From the NCBI GenBank assembly GCA_028686135.1, contig JAQUCP010000012.1:7119-71118 (forward strand): DNA of 64,000 nucleotides. Direction: 5' to 3'. Source of the DNA: Bacteroidales bacterium (GTDB lineage Bacteria; Bacteroidota; Bacteroidia; Bacteroidales; UBA12481). Position 1 is the stretch's first letter, and each line of letters starts with the position of its first letter. The notes beneath the pieces were generated by a model. The model was not told the DNA's origin. It saw only the letters and a list, made by a program, of their open reading frames with translations, and searched no databases. Positions 39,960-49,571 of the stretch are shown here, piece after piece. The position numbers were made by a program, and so were the translations under genes.

Positions 39960-41224
39960 TTGGGTAAAGTTAGGATAAATTTGGAACCCTTTCCGGGATC
40001 ACTTTTCAGGCGGATGTTTCCACCGTGGATTTCGACCATTGTTTTGACGTAATATAGACCCAGTCCGCTACCTTTTACGTTATGCAGGTTTCCGGTAGGT
40101 ACGCGATAGAATTTTTCAAAGATATGTTTCTGAGCTTTTGGGCTAATTCCAATTCCGTTGTCGTTAATCTCCATCGTAAACTCTTTGGATGAGAACCGGG
40201 TTGTGATGGTGATCAGGGGGGCGGCAATGGAATATTTTTGAGCATTATCGATGAGGTTATGAATGATGTTAGTGAAGTGAACCGGGTCAACTGAGATTTC
40301 TTCATGGTCATCACACAGATCCAGTTCTATCTTGGCTCCAGGCCGACAATCTTCAAGGCAAATATGGTCAACGGCATCTCGTATCAGCTCATTAATATCC
40401 GTTGGGATGCGATCGATGTGTGGGTTTTCCTGATTCCAGAGGGCGAATTGCAGAACCTTATCCACCAGTGAGCGCATTCGGCTGTTTTCTTCTTGCACGA
40501 TGGTAACATATCGGCCAATTCGGTCTGAATTTTTCGTTGCATCAGGTCGGCGGAGAACGTCGCAAGCGAGGGAGATGTTAGCGATCGGGGTTTTAAATTC
40601 GTGTGTCATATTATTGATGAAATCATTTCTGATTTCGGTAATCCTCTTTTGCCTGATAATGGAGAGCAGGATGAAGGTAAAGCAGAGGATTACGACCAGC
40701 AGGAAGACGGTTGATAGGGCGAGCCAGACGAGCAGATCGGAGAGGATGACTTGTTTTGGGTGGCCAAAATCGATCTCCATCCGGTGGCTTTCAGTGAGTC
40801 CAAGACAGGAGAGGCTGATTTGATGTAGGCTGGTGTAGTTACTGTGCCCGGTGGCCAGTTTTTTCTCGTATAGGACTTGTGCTGTAGCGCACTTGACTAC
40901 TCTAAGTCCATAATCGCTTGGCAGGCCATGGTATGCAAAATGGATCTTTAGGATGGAGTCCATTTTGGCCGGATCGAGGTTAACAAACATACTGTCAGCG
41001 CCGATTGGAGTCTGCAGGCATCCGCAATTTGCATCGCATGGTTCGCCCCGTTTTACGTGGACATATTCATCCAGGGCTCCTTGGAGCGCGATGGTTGCCC
41101 GGTTGTTGAACTGTTCTTCGCCCAGCCGGAGGGCATTATTGATCCAGTAAAGTTGAGTTGCGATCAGGCCTATCAGCGAGATCGTTGAAAAGGTTATGAT
41201 CCAACGGATTGTTCTGTTTTTCAT
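39956..41224 (-). CDS. sensor histidine kinase
   Basis: 422 aa; two TM segments; H-box NNMTHEFKTPI; HATPase boxes IHNLIDNAQKY, NDNGIGI, GSGLGL. Confidence 0.88.
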   Translation of the reverse strand: MKNRTIRWIITFSTISLIGLIATQLYWINNALRLGEEQFNNRATIALQGALDEYVHVKRGEPCDANCGCLQTPIGADSMFVNLDPAKMDSILKIHFAYHGLPSDYGLRVVKCATAQVLYEKKLATGHSNYTSLHQISLSCLGLTESHRMEIDFGHPKQVILSDLLVWLALSTVFLLVVILCFTFILLSIIRQKRITEIRNDFINNMTHEFKTPIANISLACDVLRRPDATKNSDRIGRYVTIVQEENSRMRSLVDKVLQFALWNQENPHIDRIPTDINELIRDAVDHICLEDCRPGAKIELDLCDDHEEISVDPVHFTNIIHNLIDNAQKYSIAAPLITITTRFSSKEFTMEINDNGIGISPKAQKHIFEKFYRVPTGNLHNVKGSGLGLYYVKTMVEIHGGNIRLKSDPGKGSKFILTLPK

Positions 41225-41238
41225 ATTGACTTATTGGG

Positions 41239-41246
41239 CAAAATTA
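41239..41246 (-). promoter_or_regulatory. Bacteroidota -7 promoter box (TAATTTTG) for the HK-RR-hslR unit
   Basis: Exact TAnnTTTG on the minus strand, 14 nt upstream of ATG 41224. Confidence 0.4.
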
Positions 41247-41308
41247 GCGGGAAAGCCCAACTTTTTGGTTGGTTAACAATAAATTAACAGGGAGTGTTAT
41301 CCTCCGGG

Positions 41309-41908
41309 TTAGAGGCTATTGTTTTCGTTGGATAGAGTGCCAGGAGGTTCCCATGGGCGATTGAAATGGGTCATTGTTTGATCAACACCCTGAGTTCCGA
41401 AGCTGCGAATTAGGCTTGCGGCTGTTTTTAGCCGTTCGGGAAGAAGAGGTTGTTCCTCAGGCGACCATTCTCCGAGGACAAAATTGACAGGATTGCCAAT
41501 GACTGGTCCGATTCCAAATCGCATTCGGGGGTACTGGTCATGTCCGAGCAGTTCATTGATACTTTTCAATCCATTGTGTCCCCCGTCGCTTCCGCTTTTT
41601 CTAAGCCGGAGTTGTCCGAATGGCAGTGCCAAGTCATCAACCAGGACCAGCAGGTTAGCGGGATCGACGGCTGATTTTTGCATCCAATAACGGACTGCTT
41701 TGCCGCTAAGATTCATGAAGGTACTAGGTTTCAAAAGGATGAAGGTCCTTCCCTTGAAACGGTACTCAGCCAGGTCGCCATAACGGGCAGGGGTAAAAAC
41801 GATATTGGACGCGCTCGCGAGTGCGTCCAATATCATAAAGCCGATATTATGCCTGGTGAAACTGTATTCCTGACCAATATTTCCGAGTCCGGCAATCAGA
41901 TATTTCAC
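41309..41908 (-). CDS. pth: peptidyl-tRNA hydrolase
   Basis: 199 aa; YLIAGLGNIGQEYSFTRHNIGF, GGHNGLKS. Confidence 0.93.
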   Translation of the reverse strand: MKYLIAGLGNIGQEYSFTRHNIGFMILDALASASNIVFTPARYGDLAEYRFKGRTFILLKPSTFMNLSGKAVRYWMQKSAVDPANLLVLVDDLALPFGQLRLRKSGSDGGHNGLKSINELLGHDQYPRMRFGIGPVIGNPVNFVLGEWSPEEQPLLPERLKTAASLIRSFGTQGVDQTMTHFNRPWEPPGTLSNENNSL

Positions 41909-41939
41909 CTGGGTAGGGTGTTATTAACTCGAGGATCAA

Positions 41940-42524
41940 CTATTTTTGGGCTGGCTGTTCGGTCTCAGCAGTAGCCTTAGCAGCACGGGTAGTTTTGATA
42001 GTAGCTACCACGGCGTTTTTCGGATTGAGCATTTCGAGGCCGTCAAAGGAGAGGTCCCGAACTTTAATGGAGTGGCCCACTTCGAGGTTGGTGACATCAA
42101 CCAGCAGTTGAGCGGGAATATCTTTCACGAGGCCCTTCACCGTCAGTTTTCTCATTTGCAGAGCCAGCTTACCACCTTGCTGAACACCTTTAGCGAATCC
42201 TTCAAGTTGAACAGGGATAGCCACAGTGATAGGTTTTTCGGGGATTACCTCGATAAAGTCGATGTGGAGAATTTTGTCCGTGACGGGATGAAATTGAATC
42301 TCTTTCACGACGGCCTGGTGGGCGGTGCCATCCAGATCCAGGTTGGCGAGGTACACATGAGGGGTATAAACCAGGTGCCCAAATTCTTTTGCATCAGCCT
42401 CAAAATGAATAGGTTGGTTAATGCCGTAAATTATACAGGGAATTCTCTCTTCTAAACGAACCTTCTTAGTTGCTTTTTTGCCAAGGTCGGTACGAATAGT
42501 ACCTTTCAGATCCAGTGTTTTCAT
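41940..42524 (-). CDS. rplY: 50S ribosomal protein L25/general stress protein Ctc (long form)
   Basis: 194 aa; L25 N-domain plus Ctc C-domain; classic prs-ctc-pth order. Confidence 0.92.
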   Translation of the reverse strand: MKTLDLKGTIRTDLGKKATKKVRLEERIPCIIYGINQPIHFEADAKEFGHLVYTPHVYLANLDLDGTAHQAVVKEIQFHPVTDKILHIDFIEVIPEKPITVAIPVQLEGFAKGVQQGGKLALQMRKLTVKGLVKDIPAQLLVDVTNLEVGHSIKVRDLSFDGLEMLNPKNAVVATIKTTRAAKATAETEQPAQK

Positions 42525-42624
42525 ATTACAGTTTGTGCTACTCAGGATTCCCTAGCTATCAGCCGGTTAGATGCCAAGGTCCCCCATTACACGTGAATTA
42601 TTTATTCCGGCTATTTTGAGGGTG

Positions 42625-42632
42625 CAAATATA
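42625..42632 (-). promoter_or_regulatory. Bacteroidota -7 promoter box (TATATTTG) upstream of rplY
   Basis: Exact TAnnTTTG on the minus strand, 100 nt upstream of ATG 42524 and just after the prs stop. Confidence 0.4.
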
Positions 42633-42639
42633 CACTATT

Positions 42640-43578
42640 TTATAATAGGAAAGTGGTGCTGATCGATTGATTGTTATAGACTTTTTTGATGACATCAGCG
42701 AACAGGTCGGAGATGGAGATCACTTTAATTTTCGGACTTGTTCTGTGGAGGGGGATTGAGTCGGTGACGATGATTTCTTCCAGGGCTGAGTTTTCGATTC
42801 GTTCGTAGGCGGGGCCGGTGAGTAGCGGGTGGGTTGCTATGCATCGGATCGATTTGGCTCCTTTTTCCATGATGAGGTTTGAAGCGCGGGTGATTGTTCC
42901 GGCGGTATCAATGATATCGTCAACCAGCACAACGTTTTTGCCGGCAACTTCACCGATGACGGTCATTTCGTCGATTACATTGGCTACTTTTCTAGTTTTG
43001 TGGCAGATAACCATGGGAACGTCGAGAAATTTAGCATAGGAGTTGGCTCTTTTTGTTCCGCCGGTATCTGGGGAGGCGATAACCAGATTATCGAGTTTCA
43101 GACTGCTGATATAGTCAATAAACACATTACTTGCAAAGAGATGGTCAACCGGTACATCGAAGAATCCCTGGATCTGGTCGGCATGAAGATCCATGGTGAT
43201 TATGCGGCTGACTCCCGCGGCGGCCAGAAGGTTTGACATCAGTTTTGCGGCGATCGAAACTCGTGGTTTATCTTTGCGATCCTGCCGGGCATAACCGAAA
43301 TAGGGGATGACAGCCACGATTTTATAGGCGGATGCTCGACTGGCAGCGTCAATCATCATGAGCAGCTCCAAGAGATTATCTGCAGGGCCGAAGGTTGATT
43401 GGATGATAAAGACAAAGTCGCCTCGGACGGTCTCTTCGAAGCAAGGCTGCATTTCGCCATCACTAAACCGTTGAATGGAAACTTTGCCTAGTTCGGTGCC
43501 ATAGGCCGCGGCAATTTTTTCTGCCAGATACCGGGAGTTGGTGCCGGAGAACAATTTGATCGGGCTGTTAGGGTGCAT
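42640..43578 (-). CDS. prs: ribose-phosphate pyrophosphokinase
   Basis: 312 aa from ATG 43578 (MHPNSPIKLFSG); PYFGYARQDRK, DLHADQIQGFF, VLVDDIIDTAGT. Confidence 0.95.
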   Translation of the reverse strand: MHPNSPIKLFSGTNSRYLAEKIAAAYGTELGKVSIQRFSDGEMQPCFEETVRGDFVFIIQSTFGPADNLLELLMMIDAASRASAYKIVAVIPYFGYARQDRKDKPRVSIAAKLMSNLLAAAGVSRIITMDLHADQIQGFFDVPVDHLFASNVFIDYISSLKLDNLVIASPDTGGTKRANSYAKFLDVPMVICHKTRKVANVIDEMTVIGEVAGKNVVLVDDIIDTAGTITRASNLIMEKGAKSIRCIATHPLLTGPAYERIENSALEEIIVTDSIPLHRTSPKIKVISISDLFADVIKKVYNNQSISTTFLL

Positions 43579-43635
43579 GAGCAAGGGTTGTTCTAAAGGT
43601 TCATAACTTTGAATACCGCGCAAAAATAGCAATAA

Positions 43636-44295
43636 TTAGGGGTTCGGGCCAGCCGGCCTGAAAAGTAAATTGGTTTGTTGGATGAATTCGAGGATCTCTT
43701 CCCGTCCTCTTTTTCTTGCCGCAGAGGTATAGATAAATCTGGGTAGTTCCATCCAGGTTGGCTTAAGAGCCTCTTCGACAGCCTGTCTGTTTTTCTTGAG
43801 CTGGGGGGATGGTACTTTATCGGTTTTGGTGATGGCAATGATAAAAGGGATTTGTTCGGCTCCCAGGAAGTTGATAAAATTCACGTCGGATTCTTGCGGT
43901 GGTATTCGGCCATCAATTAAGACGAACAGAGTCATTAAGTTCGCCCTGGTTCTGAGGTACCGAGTGGTAAAACGTAGCCATTTCTCGCGCTGCACTTTGG
44001 AAACCTTGGCATAACCGTACCCGGGGAGGTCAACGATATACCACGAATTGTCGACAAGAAAGTGATTGATAGTCTGTGTCTTACCTGGGGTTCCGGATGT
44101 TCTGGCCAATCCTTTACGGTTGACCAGCATATTGATCAAACTGGATTTGCCCACATTAGATCGACCGATGAAGGCATATTCTGGAAGTACGGGTTCGGGG
44201 CATTTGTTCGGGTTGGAGTTGGCGGCTATATGTTCAACTACCCGAATCAAAAAAGCAGGATTGGTTGGCTCAGCTTTGTTTTCCGGCATTCTCAA
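43636..44295 (-). CDS. engB: ribosome biogenesis GTPase YsxC/EngB
   Basis: 219 aa; G1 GRSNVGKSSLIN, G3 DLPGYGYA, G4 TKTDK; start uncertain (M1 or M3). Confidence 0.88.
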   Translation of the reverse strand: MRMPENKAEPTNPAFLIRVVEHIAANSNPNKCPEPVLPEYAFIGRSNVGKSSLINMLVNRKGLARTSGTPGKTQTINHFLVDNSWYIVDLPGYGYAKVSKVQREKWLRFTTRYLRTRANLMTLFVLIDGRIPPQESDVNFINFLGAEQIPFIIAITKTDKVPSPQLKKNRQAVEEALKPTWMELPRFIYTSAARKRGREEILEFIQQTNLLFRPAGPNP

Positions 44296-45292
44296 TATAT
44301 ACTTCCAGGACCTTGGTCTCTTCTCTGGCTTCGAGCGTTACATCTTTGAAAATGGCTGGTAGGAGGATAGTTTTTCCTTTTTTTACCAGCACTGGATTCT
44401 CTTCGCCATATCGCAGTAAGAAGCTGCCATCCAGGCAGATATAAATAACAAAAGAGTCAATTTCTAAATAGTCGCGATCAATGGACCGACTAAACCAAAG
44501 GTGGTTGACGGTGAAATAGGGGGTTTGGGTGATACTGGCCGAACCATTCATAACAGGCTCATAGTGATTCCTGTAGGAGTCATAATGTTTGAAATCGATC
44601 GCATCAATAGCCAGATCCGTATGAAGAGGCCTGGGCCTTCCATTTTTTTCCAGACGATTCCAGTCGAAAATTCGGTAAGTCAGATCGCTGGTCTGCTGAA
44701 TTTCAGCAAAAAGAATGCCTGCTCCGGTTGCATGAACCCTGCCGGCAGGAATAAAAAATGAGTTTCCTGCCTGAACCTCCTCTTTGTTGAGGATCTCTTC
44801 AATCCGATTCTCTGCCATGTAGGTGAGGAAAGAATCCCGGTCGAGAGGTCGGTTGAATCCGGAATAGAGAACGGCACCGGGGTCGGCTTGAATGATGTGC
44901 CACAGTTCGGTTTTCCCGTTGGCATTGTGGCGCTCTTTGGCCAGTTGATCATCAGGATGAACCTGGACTGAAAGAACCTGGCTCGCATCGATTAGTTTAA
45001 TGAGCAGGGGAAACTCTAGCCCAAACCGGTTGTACACAGAATCGCCAACCAGATCACCCATATAAACTTCGATCAGCTCTTGCAGGTCATTCCCTTCCAG
45101 AAAGCCATCCTTGACTACGGAAATCGCTCCTTCAACTCCGGAGATTTCCCAACTCTCCCCAGTCATGTCAGGGGCATCCATTTTTTGTAAAACACTACGT
45201 AACTTATTGCCGCCCCAAAGTCGGTATTGGTATATCGGCTTGAATTTCAGTGGATAAAGCATTAGGTTCGGTAAGTCAGTTTCATGGGTCAA
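44270..45292 (-). CDS. manA: type I phosphomannose isomerase (mannose-6-phosphate isomerase)
   Basis: 340 aa; RLWGGNKL, SVQVHPDD, ELWHII, GRVHATG cupin/metal motifs. Confidence 0.8.
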   Translation of the reverse strand: MTHETDLPNLMLYPLKFKPIYQYRLWGGNKLRSVLQKMDAPDMTGESWEISGVEGAISVVKDGFLEGNDLQELIEVYMGDLVGDSVYNRFGLEFPLLIKLIDASQVLSVQVHPDDQLAKERHNANGKTELWHIIQADPGAVLYSGFNRPLDRDSFLTYMAENRIEEILNKEEVQAGNSFFIPAGRVHATGAGILFAEIQQTSDLTYRIFDWNRLEKNGRPRPLHTDLAIDAIDFKHYDSYRNHYEPVMNGSASITQTPYFTVNHLWFSRSIDRDYLEIDSFVIYICLDGSFLLRYGEENPVLVKKGKTILLPAIFKDVTLEAREETKVLEVYIENAGKQS

Positions 45293-45294
45293 AG

Positions 45295-45603
45295 CTAAGC
45301 TAAATATTCATAATCTCCACTCATTTTGTAGTCGGACCACTGTTTGTTCCTCTCAACAGCTTCCTGATGAGCGGGATGCAGCTGGTAGGCCCGAAGATCA
45401 TCCAGGTTATCAAACGTGCTATCAATGATAATATCGCAGGCCGAAGCCCCTAAGGGTAATCCCTTTTCTACACGATATTGCCTGATTTGCGGAATTTGCC
45501 CCACTAGGGACCGAAAGGTTTCGAGTACATGATTGGTAGCCTCCAAGCGTTCGGATTCTGAAGAAAATTGCTTTAATTTGAACAGTACGATATGCCGGAT
45601 CAT
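45295..45603 (-). CDS. Dabb (stress-responsive dimeric alpha/beta barrel) family protein
   Basis: 102 aa; MIRHIVLFKLK start and size typical of the family. Confidence 0.72.
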   Translation of the reverse strand: MIRHIVLFKLKQFSSESERLEATNHVLETFRSLVGQIPQIRQYRVEKGLPLGASACDIIIDSTFDNLDDLRAYQLHPAHQEAVERNKQWSDYKMSGDYEYLA

Positions 45604-45658
45604 TGCTGGTTTATTGAATTATGTAAATATACAATTACATCCCGAATCCCATAAAAAT

Positions 45659-46270
45659 ATGTTGATCGTAGGTATTGCAGGAGGAACCGGATCAGGAAAG
45701 ACCACAGTTGTGAGGAAAGTAATGGCTGGGTTTAATCAGGGTGAAGTGGTGCTTTTACCCCAGGATTCCTACTATCGTGATAATAGCCATCTTCCATTGG
45801 AAGCCCGCCAGAAGCTAAATTTTGACCATCCTGAATCCATCGAATGGTCTCTGTTGATTCAGCACCTGCGCGACCTAAGGGAGCAGAAATCCATCCGACA
45901 ACCGATCTATTCCTATCTGACGTGCACTCGGGAGCCGGAGACCATCCTGATTCATCCAAAGCGCGTGATTCTTGTGGAAGGCATTTTAGTGCTGACCCAA
46001 AAGGAAGTGAGAGATCTGTTGGATATTAAAGTCTTTGTTGATGCAGATGCCGACGATCGTCTTTCACGTGTTATCAGGCGTGACCTGGCTGAACGGGGCC
46101 GGTCGGCCGAGACTGTTCTCGATCGTTACGACCTGACTGTCAAGCCGATGCATTTGGAATTCATTGAACCATCGAAGCGTTATGCTGATCTGATCATTCC
46201 CCAGGGGGGAGAAAACCGGGTGGGGATTCGACTATTGACCTCTCTCATCCGGCAGCATTTATCGGAGTAA
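45659..46270 (+). CDS. udk: uridine kinase
   Basis: 203 aa from ATG 45659; P-loop GIAGGTGSGKTT; NFDHPES; DADADDRLSRVIRRD. Confidence 0.93.
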   Translation: MLIVGIAGGTGSGKTTVVRKVMAGFNQGEVVLLPQDSYYRDNSHLPLEARQKLNFDHPESIEWSLLIQHLRDLREQKSIRQPIYSYLTCTREPETILIHPKRVILVEGILVLTQKEVRDLLDIKVFVDADADDRLSRVIRRDLAERGRSAETVLDRYDLTVKPMHLEFIEPSKRYADLIIPQGGENRVGIRLLTSLIRQHLSE

Positions 46271-46276
46271 AGAGTT

Positions 46277-47086
46277 TTAGTTTTCCAGAATAAATTGTCT
46301 AACCATGCCGATGAAAAGCTCAGGCTGTTCGGCGTGTAGCCAATGGCCAGCATCCTTGATCGTATTGATCTGGGCCAGTGGGAACAGCTTCCTGATTACC
46401 TGGGTGTCTTCATCCATCATATAGTTGGAGTTTCCCCCTCTGATAAACAGGATTGGGTAGCCTTTCTGAGGAGGACCTTGGATGAGCTCGTCACCGATGC
46501 TGCCCGCCAAGGTGGAAAGGCTTCTTCTGAGAATCTCCCTATTCAGTTTCCATTCATAGAGCCCTGAATTGGTTTTGTGGAGGTTTTTAAGCAGGAACTG
46601 TCTTAGTCGCCGGCTGGGGATTCCCTCCTCCATGATTCGGTCAACATCCCCGATAGACTTTGCCAATCCAGGATCTATCCGTTCAAGGGTGGAGAGAATC
46701 TGTTGATGTTGTTTCAGGTGCAAATCATCCTGTCTTCCATCGAGATAATTGCGTGGACTGATGTCAGCAACGATCAGACGGCTCACCCGCCCGGGATTTT
46801 CCAGGGCAAATCGCATGGCTGTTTTGCCACCCATGGAGTGTCCAAGGATGATGGCTTTTTCCAGCTCCAGATCATCCATCAATTCGAGAATATCTCCGGC
46901 CATGGAAGGATAGTCCATCATCTCTGCGTGGGGCGATAGGCCGTGATTGCGCAGATCCGGCAAGTAAACCTCCACCATGTCGGCAATTGCTTTGCCAACG
47001 GAGAGCCAGTTATCTCCGGATCCGTACAAACCATGGAGGATCAACATCGGATGACCTGATCCGAGTTTGGTGTAGTGTAGCTTCAT
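46277..47086 (-). CDS. alpha/beta hydrolase
   Basis: 269 aa; HGLYGSGDNW, nucleophile elbow GHSMGG, DAGHWLHAEQP. Confidence 0.75.
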   Translation of the reverse strand: MKLHYTKLGSGHPMLILHGLYGSGDNWLSVGKAIADMVEVYLPDLRNHGLSPHAEMMDYPSMAGDILELMDDLELEKAIILGHSMGGKTAMRFALENPGRVSRLIVADISPRNYLDGRQDDLHLKQHQQILSTLERIDPGLAKSIGDVDRIMEEGIPSRRLRQFLLKNLHKTNSGLYEWKLNREILRRSLSTLAGSIGDELIQGPPQKGYPILFIRGGNSNYMMDEDTQVIRKLFPLAQINTIKDAGHWLHAEQPELFIGMVRQFILEN

Positions 47087-47097
47087 TTAAATCTTGT

Positions 47098-47814
47098 TTA
47101 CATAACCAGCTGGCGGCGGTACATCTGTATGGTGTTTTCCAGTCCCAGGTAGAGGGCGTCTGCGATCAGGGCGTGTCCAATACTGACTTCCAGTAAGTTG
47201 GGGATCTGTTTTGCAAAGAAAGCAAGGTTTTCCAGGTTCAAGTCATGGCCCGCGTTGATCCCCAGATGGGACTCGACAGCAGCTTCGGCGGCTTCTCTGA
47301 AGGAGATGATGGCCTCTTCGGGGTTTGCTGGATATTGCTGAGCGTAAGGTTCAGTGTAAAGTTCAATCCGGTCTGTTCCTGTTTTTGAGGCAAACCGGAC
47401 CATTTCGGGGTTAGCATCGACAAACAGGGAGACCCGGATGCCCTTTTCTTTGAATCGGGCTACCACTTCCCGGAGGAACTGGTGATATCGCACGGTATTC
47501 CAGCCGGCATTAGAGGTGATGGCATCATGGGCATCGGGAACTAGGGTGACTTGTTCTGGTAATACGCTTAAAACCAGCTGAATAAAAGACTCTGAAGGAT
47601 ATCCTTCGATATTGAATTCCGTATTGACGAGTGGTCGCAAATCACGAACATCCTGATAGCGGATATGCCTTTCATCCGGCCTGGGATGCACCGTAATACC
47701 CTCAGCTCCGAATCGCTGGCAGTCGACGGCAGCCTTGAGTACATCCGGAATGTTGCCTCCCCGGGCATTCCGGAGTGTGGCAATTTTGTTTATATTTACA
47801 CTTAATCTGGTCAT
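47098..47814 (-). CDS. pdxJ: pyridoxine 5-prime-phosphate synthase
   Basis: 238 aa; [32 protein letters not shown]. Confidence 0.95.
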   Translation of the reverse strand: MTRLSVNINKIATLRNARGGNIPDVLKAAVDCQRFGAEGITVHPRPDERHIRYQDVRDLRPLVNTEFNIEGYPSESFIQLVLSVLPEQVTLVPDAHDAITSNAGWNTVRYHQFLREVVARFKEKGIRVSLFVDANPEMVRFASKTGTDRIELYTEPYAQQYPANPEEAIISFREAAEAAVESHLGINAGHDLNLENLAFFAKQIPNLLEVSIGHALIADALYLGLENTIQMYRRQLVM

Positions 47815-47840
47815 GGCGGAAACAGTTTAAGACTCAGGTT

Positions 47841-47848
47841 CAAAATTA
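47841..47848 (-). promoter_or_regulatory. Bacteroidota -7 promoter box (TAATTTTG) for pdxJ
   Basis: Exact TAnnTTTG on the minus strand, 26 nt upstream of ATG 47814. Confidence 0.45.
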
Positions 47849-47864
47849 CGAAATATTACACCAG

Positions 47865-48530
47865 ATGTTGGCAAAAGAAATGATATCCGACTTGATCCCC
47901 CCGGTTACTGCTGGCGATACCGGCAGTCGGGTATTGAGTTGGATGGATCTCTATCGGGTTTCGCAACTACCTGTGGTTGAGGATAAAATGTATGTAGGTT
48001 TAGTGACGGATACAGAACTGCTGAACCTGTCCACTCCGGAGCATCCGATTGGAGAATCGATCGCTTCGCTGGCTAAAATCTGTGTATTTCCCGAGCAGCA
48101 TATTCTGGAATTAATCGAGTCGTTTCTGAAATTCAAACTCCATCTTCTGCCAGTCATATCGACTGACGGGATCTATCTTGGTGCCATTACCCAGTCTGAT
48201 TTAATCCGAGGGGTAGCCTCAATCACTGCAGCAGGTCAGCCTGGCGCCATCATCGAGCTGAGCTTACCGGTGAGGGATTACTCGCTGGCCAATATTTCCC
48301 GTATTGTGGAGGAAAATAGTGCTCGTATTGTGACGCTTTATACCTCCCCCGGGCAGGATGGAGATGATCTGATGGTTACCATGAAGCTTAATACGCCAGA
48401 GGTCGCTTCCATTATTCGCTCCTTCCAGCGGTTTGGCTATGTAGTCAGGGAACATTTCATGGCTGATGAGCAGCTGAACGATCTTTACCGAGAGCGATTA
48501 GAGGAATTCATGCGCTACATCAATATGTAA
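47865..48530 (+). CDS. CBS domain-containing protein
   Basis: 221 aa from ATG 47865; two CBS-like repeats (LPVVEDKMYVGLVTDTELL; LLPVISTDGIYLGAITQSDLI). Confidence 0.7.
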   Translation: MLAKEMISDLIPPVTAGDTGSRVLSWMDLYRVSQLPVVEDKMYVGLVTDTELLNLSTPEHPIGESIASLAKICVFPEQHILELIESFLKFKLHLLPVISTDGIYLGAITQSDLIRGVASITAAGQPGAIIELSLPVRDYSLANISRIVEENSARIVTLYTSPGQDGDDLMVTMKLNTPEVASIIRSFQRFGYVVREHFMADEQLNDLYRERLEEFMRYINM

Positions 48531-48537
48531 AAGAATT

Positions 48538-49452
48538 ATGAAGATTCCATCTGATTACCGGACAATCTATCTGTTTGGCCGTAGTTTTGATGCCAAGTTT
48601 CTTCCCTCATTTAAGTTAGTGCTGCAGAAACTAGCCGAATATGAGGCGGAAATCTTGGTTTTTCAACCTTTCCGGGAGTTTTTAAACGGGAGCTTATCTG
48701 AAGATCTGAGTGGTTATCCCCTCTTCCGAAGTTACGAAGACCTGAAGGGTAGACCCGGGTTGATGTTATCTATTGGAGGCGATGGGACTTTTTTGGAAGC
48801 ATCAACCCTGGTGCGGGATCTCCCGGTTCCGATCGCCGGGATCAACAGCGGAAGGCTTGGCTTTCTTGCTGATATTGCGCAGGAAGAGATCAGTCGGGCA
48901 GTTGACTCCATCCTGACAGGTGATTGGGATATCCAGGAGCGAACCCTGATCCAGGTGGATTGTGATCAACCCCTTTTTGGCGATTTTAACTTTGCTTTAA
49001 ATGAGATTACCGTTCATAAACGGGACGACTCCTCTATGATTCGCATTAATGCCAGTCTGGATGGCTTGTATTTGAACACTTACTGGGCTGATGGGCTGAT
49101 AGTTGCAACTCCAACCGGATCAACAGCCTACTCTCTCAGCGTGGGTGGTCCCCTGGTATTACCGGGAACTGGAACGTTTGTTCTGAGCCCGATAGCACCT
49201 CACCATTTGACAGTACGTCCTCTGATCTACCGCGACAATCTCCGGTTGACGCTTCAGACCCGAAGCCGGAGTGGCAATCTGCTGGTATCGGCCGACTCCC
49301 GCTCGGTGATTATTGAAGACCGCCTCGAGCTACGAATCAGTAAAGCTCCTTTTGCTTTACAGACCATTCGGTTGCGTGATCATAATATTTACCAGACACT
49401 TCGCTCAAAGCTGATGTGGGGGGCTGATCCCCGCAATTTTGATCATCCGTGA
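48538..49452 (+). CDS. nadK: NAD kinase
   Basis: 304 aa; GGDGTFL, NSGRLGFL, ATPTGSTAYSLSVGGP. Confidence 0.9.
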   Translation: MKIPSDYRTIYLFGRSFDAKFLPSFKLVLQKLAEYEAEILVFQPFREFLNGSLSEDLSGYPLFRSYEDLKGRPGLMLSIGGDGTFLEASTLVRDLPVPIAGINSGRLGFLADIAQEEISRAVDSILTGDWDIQERTLIQVDCDQPLFGDFNFALNEITVHKRDDSSMIRINASLDGLYLNTYWADGLIVATPTGSTAYSLSVGGPLVLPGTGTFVLSPIAPHHLTVRPLIYRDNLRLTLQTRSRSGNLLVSADSRSVIIEDRLELRISKAPFALQTIRLRDHNIYQTLRSKLMWGADPRNFDHP

Positions 49453-49503
49453 AAGCCAATCAGTCAAGCCCTTGACGGGTCGAAAAATCAAAGCATTTTA
49501 TAC

Positions 49504-49511
49504 TATATTTG
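49504..49511 (+). promoter_or_regulatory. Bacteroidota -7 promoter box (TATATTTG)
   Basis: Exact TAnnTTTG, 60 nt upstream of ATG 49572. Confidence 0.4.
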
Positions 49512-49529
49512 CACGTTGGTAGTTATTGT

Positions 49530-49557
49530 AAAGGAACCAATAGCAGGTTCCTTTTTA
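49530..49557 (+). terminator. Hairpin plus T-run after nadK (also lies inside the putative leader of the next gene)
   Basis: AAAGGAACC-AATAGCA-GGTTCCTTT followed by TT; 9-bp perfect stem. Confidence 0.5.
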
Positions 49558-49571
49558 CAATACATTTGGTA

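Noticed and set aside
41946-42455. 169-aa plus-strand ORF inside rplY
   Set aside because: It is antisense to L25/Ctc and has no independent support.
49561-49568. Second exact TAnnTTTG match (TACATTTG) just before ATG 49572
   Set aside because: It ends only 3 nt before the start codon, so the predicted transcription start would fall inside the coding sequence. The upstream box at 49504 is the better candidate.
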